Shown: positions 37,901 to 45,876, counted from the stretch's first letter. The stretch is 46,271 bases of DNA from Dehalococcoidia bacterium (GCA_040882355.1 JBBEBM010000005.1:1-46271); one strand, 5' to 3'. Program-made: numbers and translations. The notes: generated from the letters alone by a model not told the origin.

Positions 37901-37960
37901 TTAGGACACGCAGGCCCGAGGACGCGCGAATACGGACTTCGTCGCAAGCACCTGTGCCAT
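37901..37960 (-). CDS. Putative rsgA leader peptide MAQVLATKSVFARPRACVS
   Basis: AAAGGAGG SD 8 nt before the ATG; lies between the promoter and the terminator. Confidence 0.7.
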   Translation of the reverse strand: MAQVLATKSVFARPRACVS

Positions 37961-37993
37961 GTCTCGGGCCTCCTTTCGATTGCGTTTGGGGAG

Positions 37994-38022
37994 ATGATAG
38001 AGGAGCGCAAGGCGGTTGTCAA
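37994..38022 (-). promoter_or_regulatory. Sigma70-type promoter of the rsgA leader
   Basis: TTGACA-17 nt-TATCAT. Confidence 0.8.
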
Positions 38023-38034
38023 GCGAAATGGCTG

Positions 38035-38064
38035 GCCACAGATTGACACAGATTGGCACAGATG
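38035..38064 (+). repeat. Triple CACAGAT repeat
   Basis: GCCACAGATTGACACAGATTGGCACAGATG. Confidence 0.8.
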
Positions 38065-38193
38065 CCGGGATGGCATTGGTGCGGCGGAAGTCACCTCTCG
38101 GCGTCATTGTCTCCCGATGGCTCCATTGGCTCGTAGTTCACAGGGCCGACTTCCAGTCGGCGGCATAGTCAGCGAGTCAGGGGACGCCGACGG

Positions 38194-38217
38194 GCAGGCC
38201 CGAAGGCCTGCAGCTAC
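38194..38217. repeat. GTAG-type REP
   Basis: GCAGGCCCGAAGGCCTGCAGCTAC. Confidence 0.72.
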
Positions 38218-38255
38218 GGACGCCTAGCCGCACCAGATTCACACCGAAATCGACC

Positions 38256-38284
38256 TTGACAACCTGGCGGCGCCTGCATACACT
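38256..38284 (+). promoter_or_regulatory. Sigma70-type promoter of the pan operon
   Basis: TTGACA-17 nt-TACACT. Confidence 0.8.
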
Positions 38285-38286
38285 TG

Positions 38287-38369
38287 GGCTGCCATCGACC
38301 CGAAGGGGCGGTGAGCCAGCGACGAAGCGAAAGCCATCGCTGCTTGGATCCACCGGGACCGAGACGGCG
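38287..38369 (+). ncRNA. pan RNA motif-like leader (two bulged-A hairpins)
   Basis: Hairpin 38287-38317 and hairpin 38338-38369 (CGCTG-CTTGG-A-TCC / GGA-CCGAG-A-CGGCG) upstream of panDBC. Confidence 0.72.
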
Positions 38370-38388
38370 CACATCGAGAAGTGCTTGT

Positions 38389-38426
38389 GCCCTTTCGGCC
38401 GCCGGCGCCGAGAGGGCTTTCGCTTT
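38389..38426 (+). terminator. Terminator-like hairpin in the pan leader
   Basis: GCCCTTTCGGC...GCCGAGAGGGC followed by TTTCGCTTT. Confidence 0.65.
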
Positions 38427-38441
38427 GCGGAGCACGACACG

Positions 38442-38837
38442 ATGCGGACGATGCTGAAGAGCAAGATCCACCGGGCGCGCGTGACCGGCGCCAACCTCCA
38501 CTACGAGGGCAGCGTCACCATCGACCCCATACTGATGGAGGCGGCCGACATGCTGCCGTTCGAGCAGGTACACCTGCTCGACATCGACAACGGCGCCCGC
38601 CTCACCACCTACACCATCGAAGGCGAGCGCGACAGCGGCGAAGTCGTCGTCAACGGCGCGGCGGCCCACCTGATCGGCCGTGGCGACACGATCATCATTC
38701 TGAGTTATGTCCAGTTGCCCGAAGACCGGGCCCGTAGCCACGAACCCCGCCTCATCTACGTGGACGGTGCGAACCGGATCGAACGCACCGGCCACACCAT
38801 CACCCCGGGCGCCGTCGTGGGGGCAGCGTCCGCCTAG
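38442..38837 (+). CDS. panD: Aspartate 1-decarboxylase
   Basis: [34 protein letters not shown]. Confidence 0.97.
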   Translation: MRTMLKSKIHRARVTGANLHYEGSVTIDPILMEAADMLPFEQVHLLDIDNGARLTTYTIEGERDSGEVVVNGAAAHLIGRGDTIIILSYVQLPEDRARSHEPRLIYVDGANRIERTGHTITPGAVVGAASA

Positions 38838-38863
38838 GCCATTCCGAGGCAGGAGGCAGAGCC

Positions 38864-39784
38864 ATGTCGAAGCCGTCGCGAGTCACCACCAGCGAGATCA
38901 AGGCGATGAAGAAGAAAGGTCAGCCGATCGTCATGCTCACCGCCTACGACTACCCCTCGGCGCGCCTCGTCGAGCAGGCCGGCGTGCCGATGATCCTCGT
39001 CGGCGACACGCTGGGCATGGTCGTGCTCGGCTACGATACGACGGTGCCTGTGACGATGGACGACATGCTCCACCACGTGAAGGCCGTCGTGCGCGGCACC
39101 CAGCACGCGCTCGTCGTGGCCGATCTGCCGTTCATGAGCTACCAGACGAACCCGGAGGACGCCCTGCGCAACGCGGGCCGCTTCATGCAGGAAGGCGGCG
39201 CTCAGGCCGTGAAGCTCGAGGGCGGCGTTCAGATGGCCGAGACCGTGCGGCGCATCGTCGACGCCGGCATTCCGGTGATGGGGCACATCGGCCTCACGCC
39301 GCAGTCGGTGCACACGTTCGGCGGCTGGAAGGTGCAGGGCAAGACGACCGCCGCGGCGATGCGCGTGCTCAACGACGCGCTGGCGCTACAGGAGGCGGGC
39401 GCGTTCGCCGTGGTGCTGGAGCTCGTGCCGGCGCCGCTCGCCCGGCTGATCAGCAAGCGGCTGCGCATCCCGACGATCGGCATCGGCGCGGGCGCCCACT
39501 GCGACGGCCAGGTGCAGGTCTACCACGACATCCTTGGCCTCTACGAGACGTTCGTGCCGAAGCACGCCCGCCAGTACGCTCACCTGGCCGACACGATCCG
39601 CGACGCGATCGCCGGGTACGTGGCGGATGTGCGCGAGGGGCGCTTCCCGACCGAAGAGAACAGCTTCGCGATGGACGAGCGCGCGCTCGCCGAGCTCACG
39701 ACCAGCGACGATCGCGTCGAGGGCCAGACCAACGGCGGCTCGAACGGCAACGAGCGGAAGACGCACGCGCTGACGCACCGCTAG
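38864..39784 (+). CDS. panB: 3-methyl-2-oxobutanoate hydroxymethyltransferase
   Basis: [36 protein letters not shown]. Confidence 0.97.
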   Translation: MSKPSRVTTSEIKAMKKKGQPIVMLTAYDYPSARLVEQAGVPMILVGDTLGMVVLGYDTTVPVTMDDMLHHVKAVVRGTQHALVVADLPFMSYQTNPEDALRNAGRFMQEGGAQAVKLEGGVQMAETVRRIVDAGIPVMGHIGLTPQSVHTFGGWKVQGKTTAAAMRVLNDALALQEAGAFAVVLELVPAPLARLISKRLRIPTIGIGAGAHCDGQVQVYHDILGLYETFVPKHARQYAHLADTIRDAIAGYVADVREGRFPTEENSFAMDERALAELTTSDDRVEGQTNGGSNGNERKTHALTHR

Positions 39785-39788
39785 CCGG

Positions 39789-40622
39789 ATGCGGGTCGCG
39801 GCGACCGTGCGGGAGATGCGCGACCTGCGTCGCGCGATGGCGGGCGACGTTGGGTTCGTGCCCACGATGGGCTACCTGCACGAGGGCCACCTCTCGCTCG
39901 TCCGCGCCGCCCGCGATCAGAACGAGCACGTCGTCGCAAGCATCTTCGTCAACCCGACCCAGTTCGGCCCGAACGAGGACTTCGCCCGCTACCCGCGCGA
40001 CACCGAGCGCGACCTCTCGCTGCTGCGCGGCGAGCGCGTCGACGCTGTCTTCATGCCGCCGGTGGAAGAGATCTACCCCGAGGGCGCGTCGACGTTCGTC
40101 GAAGTCGACGGCCTGACGGACGTGCTGGAGGGCGCGCACCGGCCGGGCCACTTTCGCGGCGTGACGACGGTCGTCGCCAAGCTGTTCGCGATCGTCCAGC
40201 CGACACGTGCCTACTTCGGCCAGAAGGACGCCCAGCAGCTCCTCGTCGTCCGGCGCATGGCGCGCGACCTGCGGCTCGACGTCGAGGTCGTCGGTCTGCC
40301 CATCGTGCGCGAGCCGGACGGCCTGGCGATGAGCAGCCGCAACGCCTACCTCTCGCCCGCCGAGCGCGAAGCCGCGCTCGGCCTCTCGCGGGCGCTGCGC
40401 CGGGCCGGCGAGCTGTTCGGCGCGGGCGAGCGCGACGCCGAACGCCTGCGGCAGGCGATGCGTTCGCTGATTGGCGAGGAGCCGCTGGCCCAGGTAGACT
40501 ACGTCAGCGTCGCCGACGGCGAGACGCTGCGCGAGTTGGAGCGCATCGGGCGGCCCGCGCTGGCGTCGCTCGCCGTGCGCATCGGCGCGACGCGGCTGAT
40601 CGATAACGTCACACTGGAATGA
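39789..40622 (+). CDS. panC: Pantoate-beta-alanine ligase
   Basis: VPTMGYLHEGH, SIFVNPTQF, FGQKDAQQ, DGLAMSSRN, RLIDN. Confidence 0.97.
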   Translation: MRVAATVREMRDLRRAMAGDVGFVPTMGYLHEGHLSLVRAARDQNEHVVASIFVNPTQFGPNEDFARYPRDTERDLSLLRGERVDAVFMPPVEEIYPEGASTFVEVDGLTDVLEGAHRPGHFRGVTTVVAKLFAIVQPTRAYFGQKDAQQLLVVRRMARDLRLDVEVVGLPIVREPDGLAMSSRNAYLSPAEREAALGLSRALRRAGELFGAGERDAERLRQAMRSLIGEEPLAQVDYVSVADGETLRELERIGRPALASLAVRIGATRLIDNVTLE

Positions 40623-40627
40623 GTTCT

Positions 40628-40710
40628 GCCACAGATAGACACAGATTTTCACAGATGGCCGCATCACCTTGGTGAGCCAAATCTGTGTTTCATCTGTGTG
40701 TAGCTGTGGC
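40628..40710. repeat. Inverted pair of triple CACAGAT repeats
   Basis: GCCACAGATAGACACAGATTTTCACAGATG ... ATCTGTGTTTCATCTGTGTGTAGCTGTGGC. Confidence 0.82.
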
Positions 40711-40731
40711 TAATAAGTCGAAAGTGAGCCC

Positions 40732-41541
40732 ATGAGCGACGAGCGGCACATCCTGGTCACCAACGACGACGGCATCGAGTCGCCCGGCCTGTGGAAGCTG
40801 GCCGAGATCATGTCGGAGATCGGACAGGTGATGGTCGTCGCGCCCGCCGCCGAGGCGTCCGGCTCAGGCACGATGGTCACCTACCGCCGCGACCTACAGG
40901 TCCAGCAGGTGCCGGAGCGGCTCCCCGGCGTGAAGGCGTACATGGTCGACGGCACGCCCGCCGACTGCGTCCTGATCGGGCTGCGACGGCTCAAGGAAGG
41001 CTGGATCAGCGTCGTCGCGGCGGGGATCAACCCGGGCGCGAACCTGGGCGCCGACCTCTTCCTCTCGGGGACCTGCGGCGCGGCGCTAATGGCCGCCTTC
41101 CGCAAGATCACCGCCATCGCCGTCTCGCTCGACCTCGAGCCAACGGGCGACGGCGGGGGCCGCGTGCCGCGCTGGGAGACGGCGGAAGCCGTCACCCGCA
41201 TGCTCGCGCGCGGCGTCGATCAGGGCGCGATCCCCGACGGAGCGTTCCTCAGCGCGAACATCCCGGCGCTGCCGCTGGACCGGATCAAGGGGATCCAGAT
41301 CACGCGGACAGCACCCGGCGGCTACATGCACCTGGCCGAGCGCGGCGACGGCGTCACCGAGCGGCTCCAGCGCGAGATCGTGCCGGACCTGCGCCACGCC
41401 CACCCGGGCACCGACATCCGCGCCGTCGTGGACGGCTACGTGTCGATCAGCCCGCTCGACACCACCATGTCGCACCAAGCGCACACCCAAGAGCTCGAGG
41501 CGTCTGCGGAGGCGCTGTTCGCGCAGCTCTCGGGCGCCTAG
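40732..41541 (+). CDS. surE: 5'/3'-nucleotidase SurE
   Basis: ILVTNDDG, DGTPADCV, GINPGANLG, SGT. Confidence 0.93.
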   Translation: MSDERHILVTNDDGIESPGLWKLAEIMSEIGQVMVVAPAAEASGSGTMVTYRRDLQVQQVPERLPGVKAYMVDGTPADCVLIGLRRLKEGWISVVAAGINPGANLGADLFLSGTCGAALMAAFRKITAIAVSLDLEPTGDGGGRVPRWETAEAVTRMLARGVDQGAIPDGAFLSANIPALPLDRIKGIQITRTAPGGYMHLAERGDGVTERLQREIVPDLRHAHPGTDIRAVVDGYVSISPLDTTMSHQAHTQELEASAEALFAQLSGA

Positions 41542-41546
41542 CCTCG

Positions 41547-42368
41547 CTAGACCGGCGCCTGCTCCCCGAAGTGAGCCACCACCTGGCCGATGTCGCCGAT
41601 GGAGACGATGCCATCACCATCGAAGTCGGCCTCAGGCGAGGAGCCGCCGAAGCGCACGACGACGAAGCCGATGTCACTCACAGAGACAACGCCGTCACCA
41701 TCGACGTCCCAGAGGAAGGCGCCGCAGTAGACCGTGAGCACCTCCGCCACGGCGTTGTCGTTCTGGTCGATCGCGGGCGCAACCGTCTCGCCTAGCACGT
41801 GACTGTCGAGCGGAGCACCGTGCACCAGCGTCACCCGTTGCGTGGAGGAAGAGCCCGTGCAGGTGTAGTCGACCTCCATCAGCAGCCCCATGTACATCGA
41901 CTCGGTCGTACTGCCCACCGTGCACCCGCCCAGGTAGTCCGTGGACGATGCGATCGACTCGGCGCGGAACGAGCAGGCCGGCCAGAACGGCGAGGCCGCC
42001 GGGCCCCACTCGTTCATCGCCGCTCGGTCGTTACGGACGAGGCCCGCGCTGTTCAGCAGCCGGACCTGAACGCCGAAGTAGCCTGTGGCGGCATCGCCGT
42101 CAGGGTTCGGCAGGCCAGCGAGGCTGGTCAGGCGCGCCCGAACCGTGAACTGCTGGCCCTGCGTCAACGAGCACGAGCCCGCAGGCGGCGACTGCTGGGT
42201 CGTGCAGTCGGGCACGGTATCGCCATTCGCGTCGATGCTGATCGAGAGGTCCGGTGACGGGACCGCCGCCTGCGCCAAGTCGACGCCAGCGCCGGCCGAC
42301 GCGAGCAGGGCCGCAACCAAGGCGAGTATCGCGGGGCGCCAGGAGAGTCCCGTTCGTCGTGATAGCAT
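41547..42368 (-). CDS. Secreted protein: 6-Cys cohesin-like domain plus dockerin-like repeat
   Basis: GGAGGAGG SD; signal peptide; WDVDGDGVVSVSDI...ADFDGDGIVSIGDI; paralog of 9762 and 10590; promoter TTGACA-17-TAACCT at 42521-42493. Confidence 0.75.
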   Translation of the reverse strand: MLSRRTGLSWRPAILALVAALLASAGAGVDLAQAAVPSPDLSISIDANGDTVPDCTTQQSPPAGSCSLTQGQQFTVRARLTSLAGLPNPDGDAATGYFGVQVRLLNSAGLVRNDRAAMNEWGPAASPFWPACSFRAESIASSTDYLGGCTVGSTTESMYMGLLMEVDYTCTGSSSTQRVTLVHGAPLDSHVLGETVAPAIDQNDNAVAEVLTVYCGAFLWDVDGDGVVSVSDIGFVVVRFGGSSPEADFDGDGIVSIGDIGQVVAHFGEQAPV

Positions 42369-42586
42369 CGCACCTCCTCCACCACCGCGCAGGCGCGGCG
42401 TGGCCTCGTGCCTGGTCAAGGGCTCCCCTGGATACGGACTGCCTTGCCCGCGCCATCACCGGCGTGTTGCCGGGACAGCCGCCATCACGATCAGGTTATG
42501 TCGAACCCGCCGCTCTGTCAAGCGGCTTGTCGCTCAGGTGGCCGGTGGTACAATGGGGCGACGGCGTTGGGGCCGTCGCCACACTC

Positions 42587-43336
42587 ATGTCAGGTCACTC
42601 AAAGTGGAGCCAGATCAAGCGCCAGAAGGGCGTGGCCGACGCCAAGCGCGCGCAGGTGTTCACGCGCCTCGGGCGCGAACTGACCATCGCCGCGAAGCAC
42701 GGCGGCCCGGACCCTGAGGGCAACCCGCGCCTGCGCCTCGCCATCGACCACGCGCGCGAGGCGAACATGCCGAAGGAGACGATCGAGCGCGCGATCAAGC
42801 GCGGCACCGGCCACGAGGCGGGCAGCGTCGAGCTGCAGGAGATCGTCTACGAGGGGTACAGCCCGGGGGGCGCGGCGATCCTGGTCGAGGCGCTGACCGA
42901 TAACCGCAACCGCACCGCCGCCGAGGTGCGCAACACCTTCGCGAAGGCGGGCGGCAACCTGGGTGAGTCGGGCAGCGTAGCCTGGATCTTCGACATGCGC
43001 GGCCTGATCAACGTCGACGCCAACGGCGCCGATCCCGACGAGCTGGGCCTGCTCGCGATCGACAGCGGCGCGGACGACGTGAAGGTCGACGGCACCTCGG
43101 TCGAGATATACACGGCGCCCGACCAGCTCGAAGCGGTTCGTCGGGCGCTCGCGGCAGGTGGCATCGCCGTCGCCTCATCCGAGCTCGTGCAGTTGCCGAA
43201 GACGACAGTCTCGCTGGAGGCGCGCCAGGCCGAGCAAGTGTTGCGTCTGCTCGACCGGCTCGACGACCTGGACGACGTCCAGCGCGTCTCCTCCAACGCC
43301 GACTTCCCGGACGAAGTGCTGGCGGCCTACGCCTGA
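42587..43336 (+). CDS. yebC: YebC/PmpR family protein
   Basis: MSGHSKWSQIKRQK, YEGY.PGG, TDNRNRT, DLDDVQ. Confidence 0.96.
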   Translation: MSGHSKWSQIKRQKGVADAKRAQVFTRLGRELTIAAKHGGPDPEGNPRLRLAIDHAREANMPKETIERAIKRGTGHEAGSVELQEIVYEGYSPGGAAILVEALTDNRNRTAAEVRNTFAKAGGNLGESGSVAWIFDMRGLINVDANGADPDELGLLAIDSGADDVKVDGTSVEIYTAPDQLEAVRRALAAGGIAVASSELVQLPKTTVSLEARQAEQVLRLLDRLDDLDDVQRVSSNADFPDEVLAAYA

Positions 43337-43353
43337 GCTCCAGAACTAATCGT

Positions 43354-43893
43354 GTGACGATAGCAAGGAGGCGAGCGACGAGCGTAGCTGAGCGGTTCGT
43401 CGTGTTGGGCGTCGATCCGGGGCTGCGTGTGACCGGCTGGGGCCTTGTCGGCGCGGACGGCGGCGACCTGCGCGCCGTCCAGAGCGGCGTCATCGCTCCA
43501 CGCGTCAACCTGCCGACCGAGCAGCGGCTACACGAGATCTATCGCGAGCTCTGCAAGGTGATCGCGCGCTGGCGCCCGGCGGAGCTCGCCGTCGAAGACC
43601 CGTTCGTCGCGCAGAACGCCCGCTCCGCCTTCGCCATCGGCGAGGCGCGCGCGGTCGCGCTGCTCGCGGCGGCGCAGGCGGGCCTCTCGGTGCGACCCTA
43701 CGCGCCGGCCGAGGTGAAGCTCGTCGTCGCAGGCTACGGGCGCAGCGGCAAGGCGCAGGTGCAGGAGCTGGTGCGCATTCAGCTCGGGCTCGTCGAGGCG
43801 CCTGAGCCGGTGGACGCCGCCGACGCGCTCGCCGTCGCGCTGTGCCACCACCTACGGCGGCGGGCGGAGCTGCGGCTGGAGCTCGCGACGTGA
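43354..43893 (+). CDS. ruvC: Holliday junction resolvase
   Basis: LGVDPG..TGWG, AVE, VK..VAGYG..K.QV, DAADALAVA; start uncertain. Confidence 0.94.
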   Translation: MTIARRRATSVAERFVVLGVDPGLRVTGWGLVGADGGDLRAVQSGVIAPRVNLPTEQRLHEIYRELCKVIARWRPAELAVEDPFVAQNARSAFAIGEARAVALLAAAQAGLSVRPYAPAEVKLVVAGYGRSGKAQVQELVRIQLGLVEAPEPVDAADALAVALCHHLRRRAELRLELAT

Positions 43894-44531
43894 TTTCGCA
43901 CCTGACCGGCGCGCTGACGAAGCGCCACGAGAACCGCCAGTCGATCGAGCTGCGGATCAACGGCGTTGGCTACGAGGTGCTCCTACCCACGTTCGTCTGG
44001 CGCGCCCTCGAAGAGACGACGACGGGCGAGGAGGTGTCGCTCGAGATCTACTACCACGTGCCGGAGCGCCAGCCGACGCCGCTGCTCGTCGGGTTCCAGC
44101 GCGACGTCGAACGCGACTTCTTTCGCAAGCTGATCGAAGTGCCCGACCTGGGCCCGACGAAGGCGATCCGCGCGCTCGTCTTCTCAGTCTCCACCATCGC
44201 GACGTGGATCGAGGAGGGCGACGAGCGCTCGCTGCGCACGCTGCCCGGCGTCGGCGAGCGACTCGCGAAAACGATGGTCGCGCACCTGAAGGGCAAGGTC
44301 GTCCAAGAAGCGCTGCTGCTGGACGAGCGCTTCGCGTCGCCGCCCGCGAAGGAGGGCCCGCCCTCGCTCTCCGAGGTGCAGAAGCTGGCGGTCGCCGGTC
44401 TCGCGCGGCTGGGCTATCGCGAAAGCGAGGCGTCGCGCTGGGTGGAAGAGGTCACCCGCGACGGCGAGCCCGCCGAAGTAGAGGAGATCATACGCGCCGT
44501 CTTCGCTCGTCGCAACCAGGAGATCGGGTAG
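43890..44531 (+). CDS. ruvA: Holliday junction branch migration protein
   Basis: MISHLTG, NGVGYEV, two HhH motifs (VPDLGPTKA, LPGVGERLA), C-terminal LARLGY. Confidence 0.88.
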   Translation: MISHLTGALTKRHENRQSIELRINGVGYEVLLPTFVWRALEETTTGEEVSLEIYYHVPERQPTPLLVGFQRDVERDFFRKLIEVPDLGPTKAIRALVFSVSTIATWIEEGDERSLRTLPGVGERLAKTMVAHLKGKVVQEALLLDERFASPPAKEGPPSLSEVQKLAVAGLARLGYRESEASRWVEEVTRDGEPAEVEEIIRAVFARRNQEIG

Positions 44532-44538
44532 TATTAGC

Positions 44539-44565
44539 CGACCGCCGACTGAAGTCGGCGGCATG
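44539..44565. repeat. 27-bp palindromic repeat, copy 1
   Basis: CGACCGCCGACTGAAGTCGGCGGCATG, identical to 45133-45159. Confidence 0.85.
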
Positions 44566-44677
44566 CGCTTCGTAAGCCACGACCGCAGTCCGCTAGGATA
44601 ACCCGCCTTCCTGTGGGCGACATAAGCTGCTTCGCCCGCCACAGGCGGACTCAGCATGACACGAAGGAACGCCTGCT

Positions 44678-45121
44678 ATGGACGTAACATTCGCGCTGCT
44701 GGCCGACGCCGCCAACTTCTCGCGGGAAGGCAAGCTGAACGTGCTCGGCGCCTTCGACCGCATCCACGGCTCGCAGTTCCCGCTGGTGTGGCCGCGCATG
44801 GTGCTCGTGATGCGCTTCGTCGTTACGCCGGCGGAGTTCGGGTCGGAGAAGACGCTGGAGATCATCACGCTGGACCTCGACGGCAAGAAGCTGGGCACCG
44901 CCACCGGCAAGATGACAGTGCCCGCAGGCCCATCGGGCCGACAGCTCAAGATCGACCACGTCCTGCCGCTGACGATGACGTTCCCCGGCCCGGGCGAGTA
45001 CAGCATCGAGATCCTCGTGAACGGCGACCCGAAGGCCCGCGTCCCGCTCGAGGTGCTCCCGCAGCCCGAGGCGCAACAGCCCCCTCCAGAGGGGGGTGCG
45101 CCGCCGCCGGCGCAGGGGTAG
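44678..45121 (+). CDS. Hypothetical beta-rich protein (DUF6941-like)
   Basis: LLADAA...GKLNVLGAFD.I...FPGPGEYSIEILVNG; AAGGA SD. Confidence 0.78.
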   Translation: MDVTFALLADAANFSREGKLNVLGAFDRIHGSQFPLVWPRMVLVMRFVVTPAEFGSEKTLEIITLDLDGKKLGTATGKMTVPAGPSGRQLKIDHVLPLTMTFPGPGEYSIEILVNGDPKARVPLEVLPQPEAQQPPPEGGAPPPAQG

Positions 45122-45132
45122 CGGTAGGGACT

Positions 45133-45159
45133 CGACCGCCGACTGAAGTCGGCGGCATG
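45133..45159. repeat. 27-bp palindromic repeat, copy 2
   Basis: Identical direct copy of 44539-44565. Confidence 0.85.
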
Positions 45160-45180
45160 AGCCTGGGAGACAACAGCATC

Positions 45181-45233
45181 GTAGCTGCAGACCTTCAGGT
45201 CTGCTCCTGGCAGGGCTAAAGCCCTGCAGCTAC
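45181..45233. repeat. Inverted GTAG-type REP doublet (REPIN-like)
   Basis: GTAGCTGCAGACCTTCAGGTCTGC-TCCTG-GCAGGGCTAAAGCCCTGCAGCTAC. Confidence 0.82.
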
Positions 45234-45265
45234 GGGGTAGGCGGCTCATGCTAAGATGAGGTGCT

Positions 45266-45475
45266 ATGGACGCGAGCTGGCAGGACCGCATCAAGATCGA
45301 CCCGCAGGTCATGGGCGGCAAGCCCCTGATCGCCGGCACGCGCGTGCCTGTCCAGGTGATCGTCGGTTCGCTCGCCGGCGGCTCAACCGTAGCAGAGGTC
45401 TGTGAGGGCCACGCCGTGACGGACGACGATGTGCGCGCCGCGCTAGCCTACCCGCCTTCGCCACCCCACTCCTGA
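45266..45475 (+). CDS. DUF433 family protein (antitoxin-like), possibly truncated
   Basis: RIKIDPQVMGGKPLIAGTRVPV...DVRAALAY followed by an atypical PPSPPHS tail. Confidence 0.8.
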   Translation: MDASWQDRIKIDPQVMGGKPLIAGTRVPVQVIVGSLAGGSTVAEVCEGHAVTDDDVRAALAYPPSPPHS

Positions 45476-45513
45476 CAACCCGCTGTCACGGCCCGTGATA
45501 AGATGAGGGTGCC

Positions 45514-45876
45514 GTGGGTACGTTCTTCCACCCCATCACACTGATCGGGCCGTCCGGCGAGCGAGAGACGCTCGATGCGCTGGTCGACACAGGATCGACG
45601 TTCACCAGCATCCCGCGTGATGTACTGGCGAAGCTTGGCGTCGAGCCTCGCCGCGAGGTGAGGCTGCGCCTCGCCGATGGCAGGTCGCACCTTCGGCAGT
45701 TGGGTCGCGTCCTCGTGCAATTGGACGGCGTTGAGGAACTCACCTTCGTCATCTTCGGCGAACCCGACTCGCCTCCCGCGATCGGCGCTGTTACTCTCGA
45801 AGTATCACAGCTGGGCGTTGACCCGTCCGCCAAGAGGCTCGTGCCCGTCGAAGGCTGGCAAGCTGGCCATGCCTGA
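45514..45876 (+). CDS. Clan AA (retropepsin-like) aspartic protease
   Basis: [21 protein letters not shown]...VDP. Confidence 0.85.
   Translation: MGTFFHPITLIGPSGERETLDALVDTGSTFTSIPRDVLAKLGVEPRREVRLRLADGRSHLRQLGRVLVQLDGVEELTFVIFGEPDSPPAIGAVTLEVSQLGVDPSAKRLVPVEGWQAGHA

Noticed and set aside
45514..45876. Retroelement origin of the retropepsin-like gene
   Set aside because: No reverse transcriptase or integrase is nearby; stand-alone clan AA proteases are common in bacteria.
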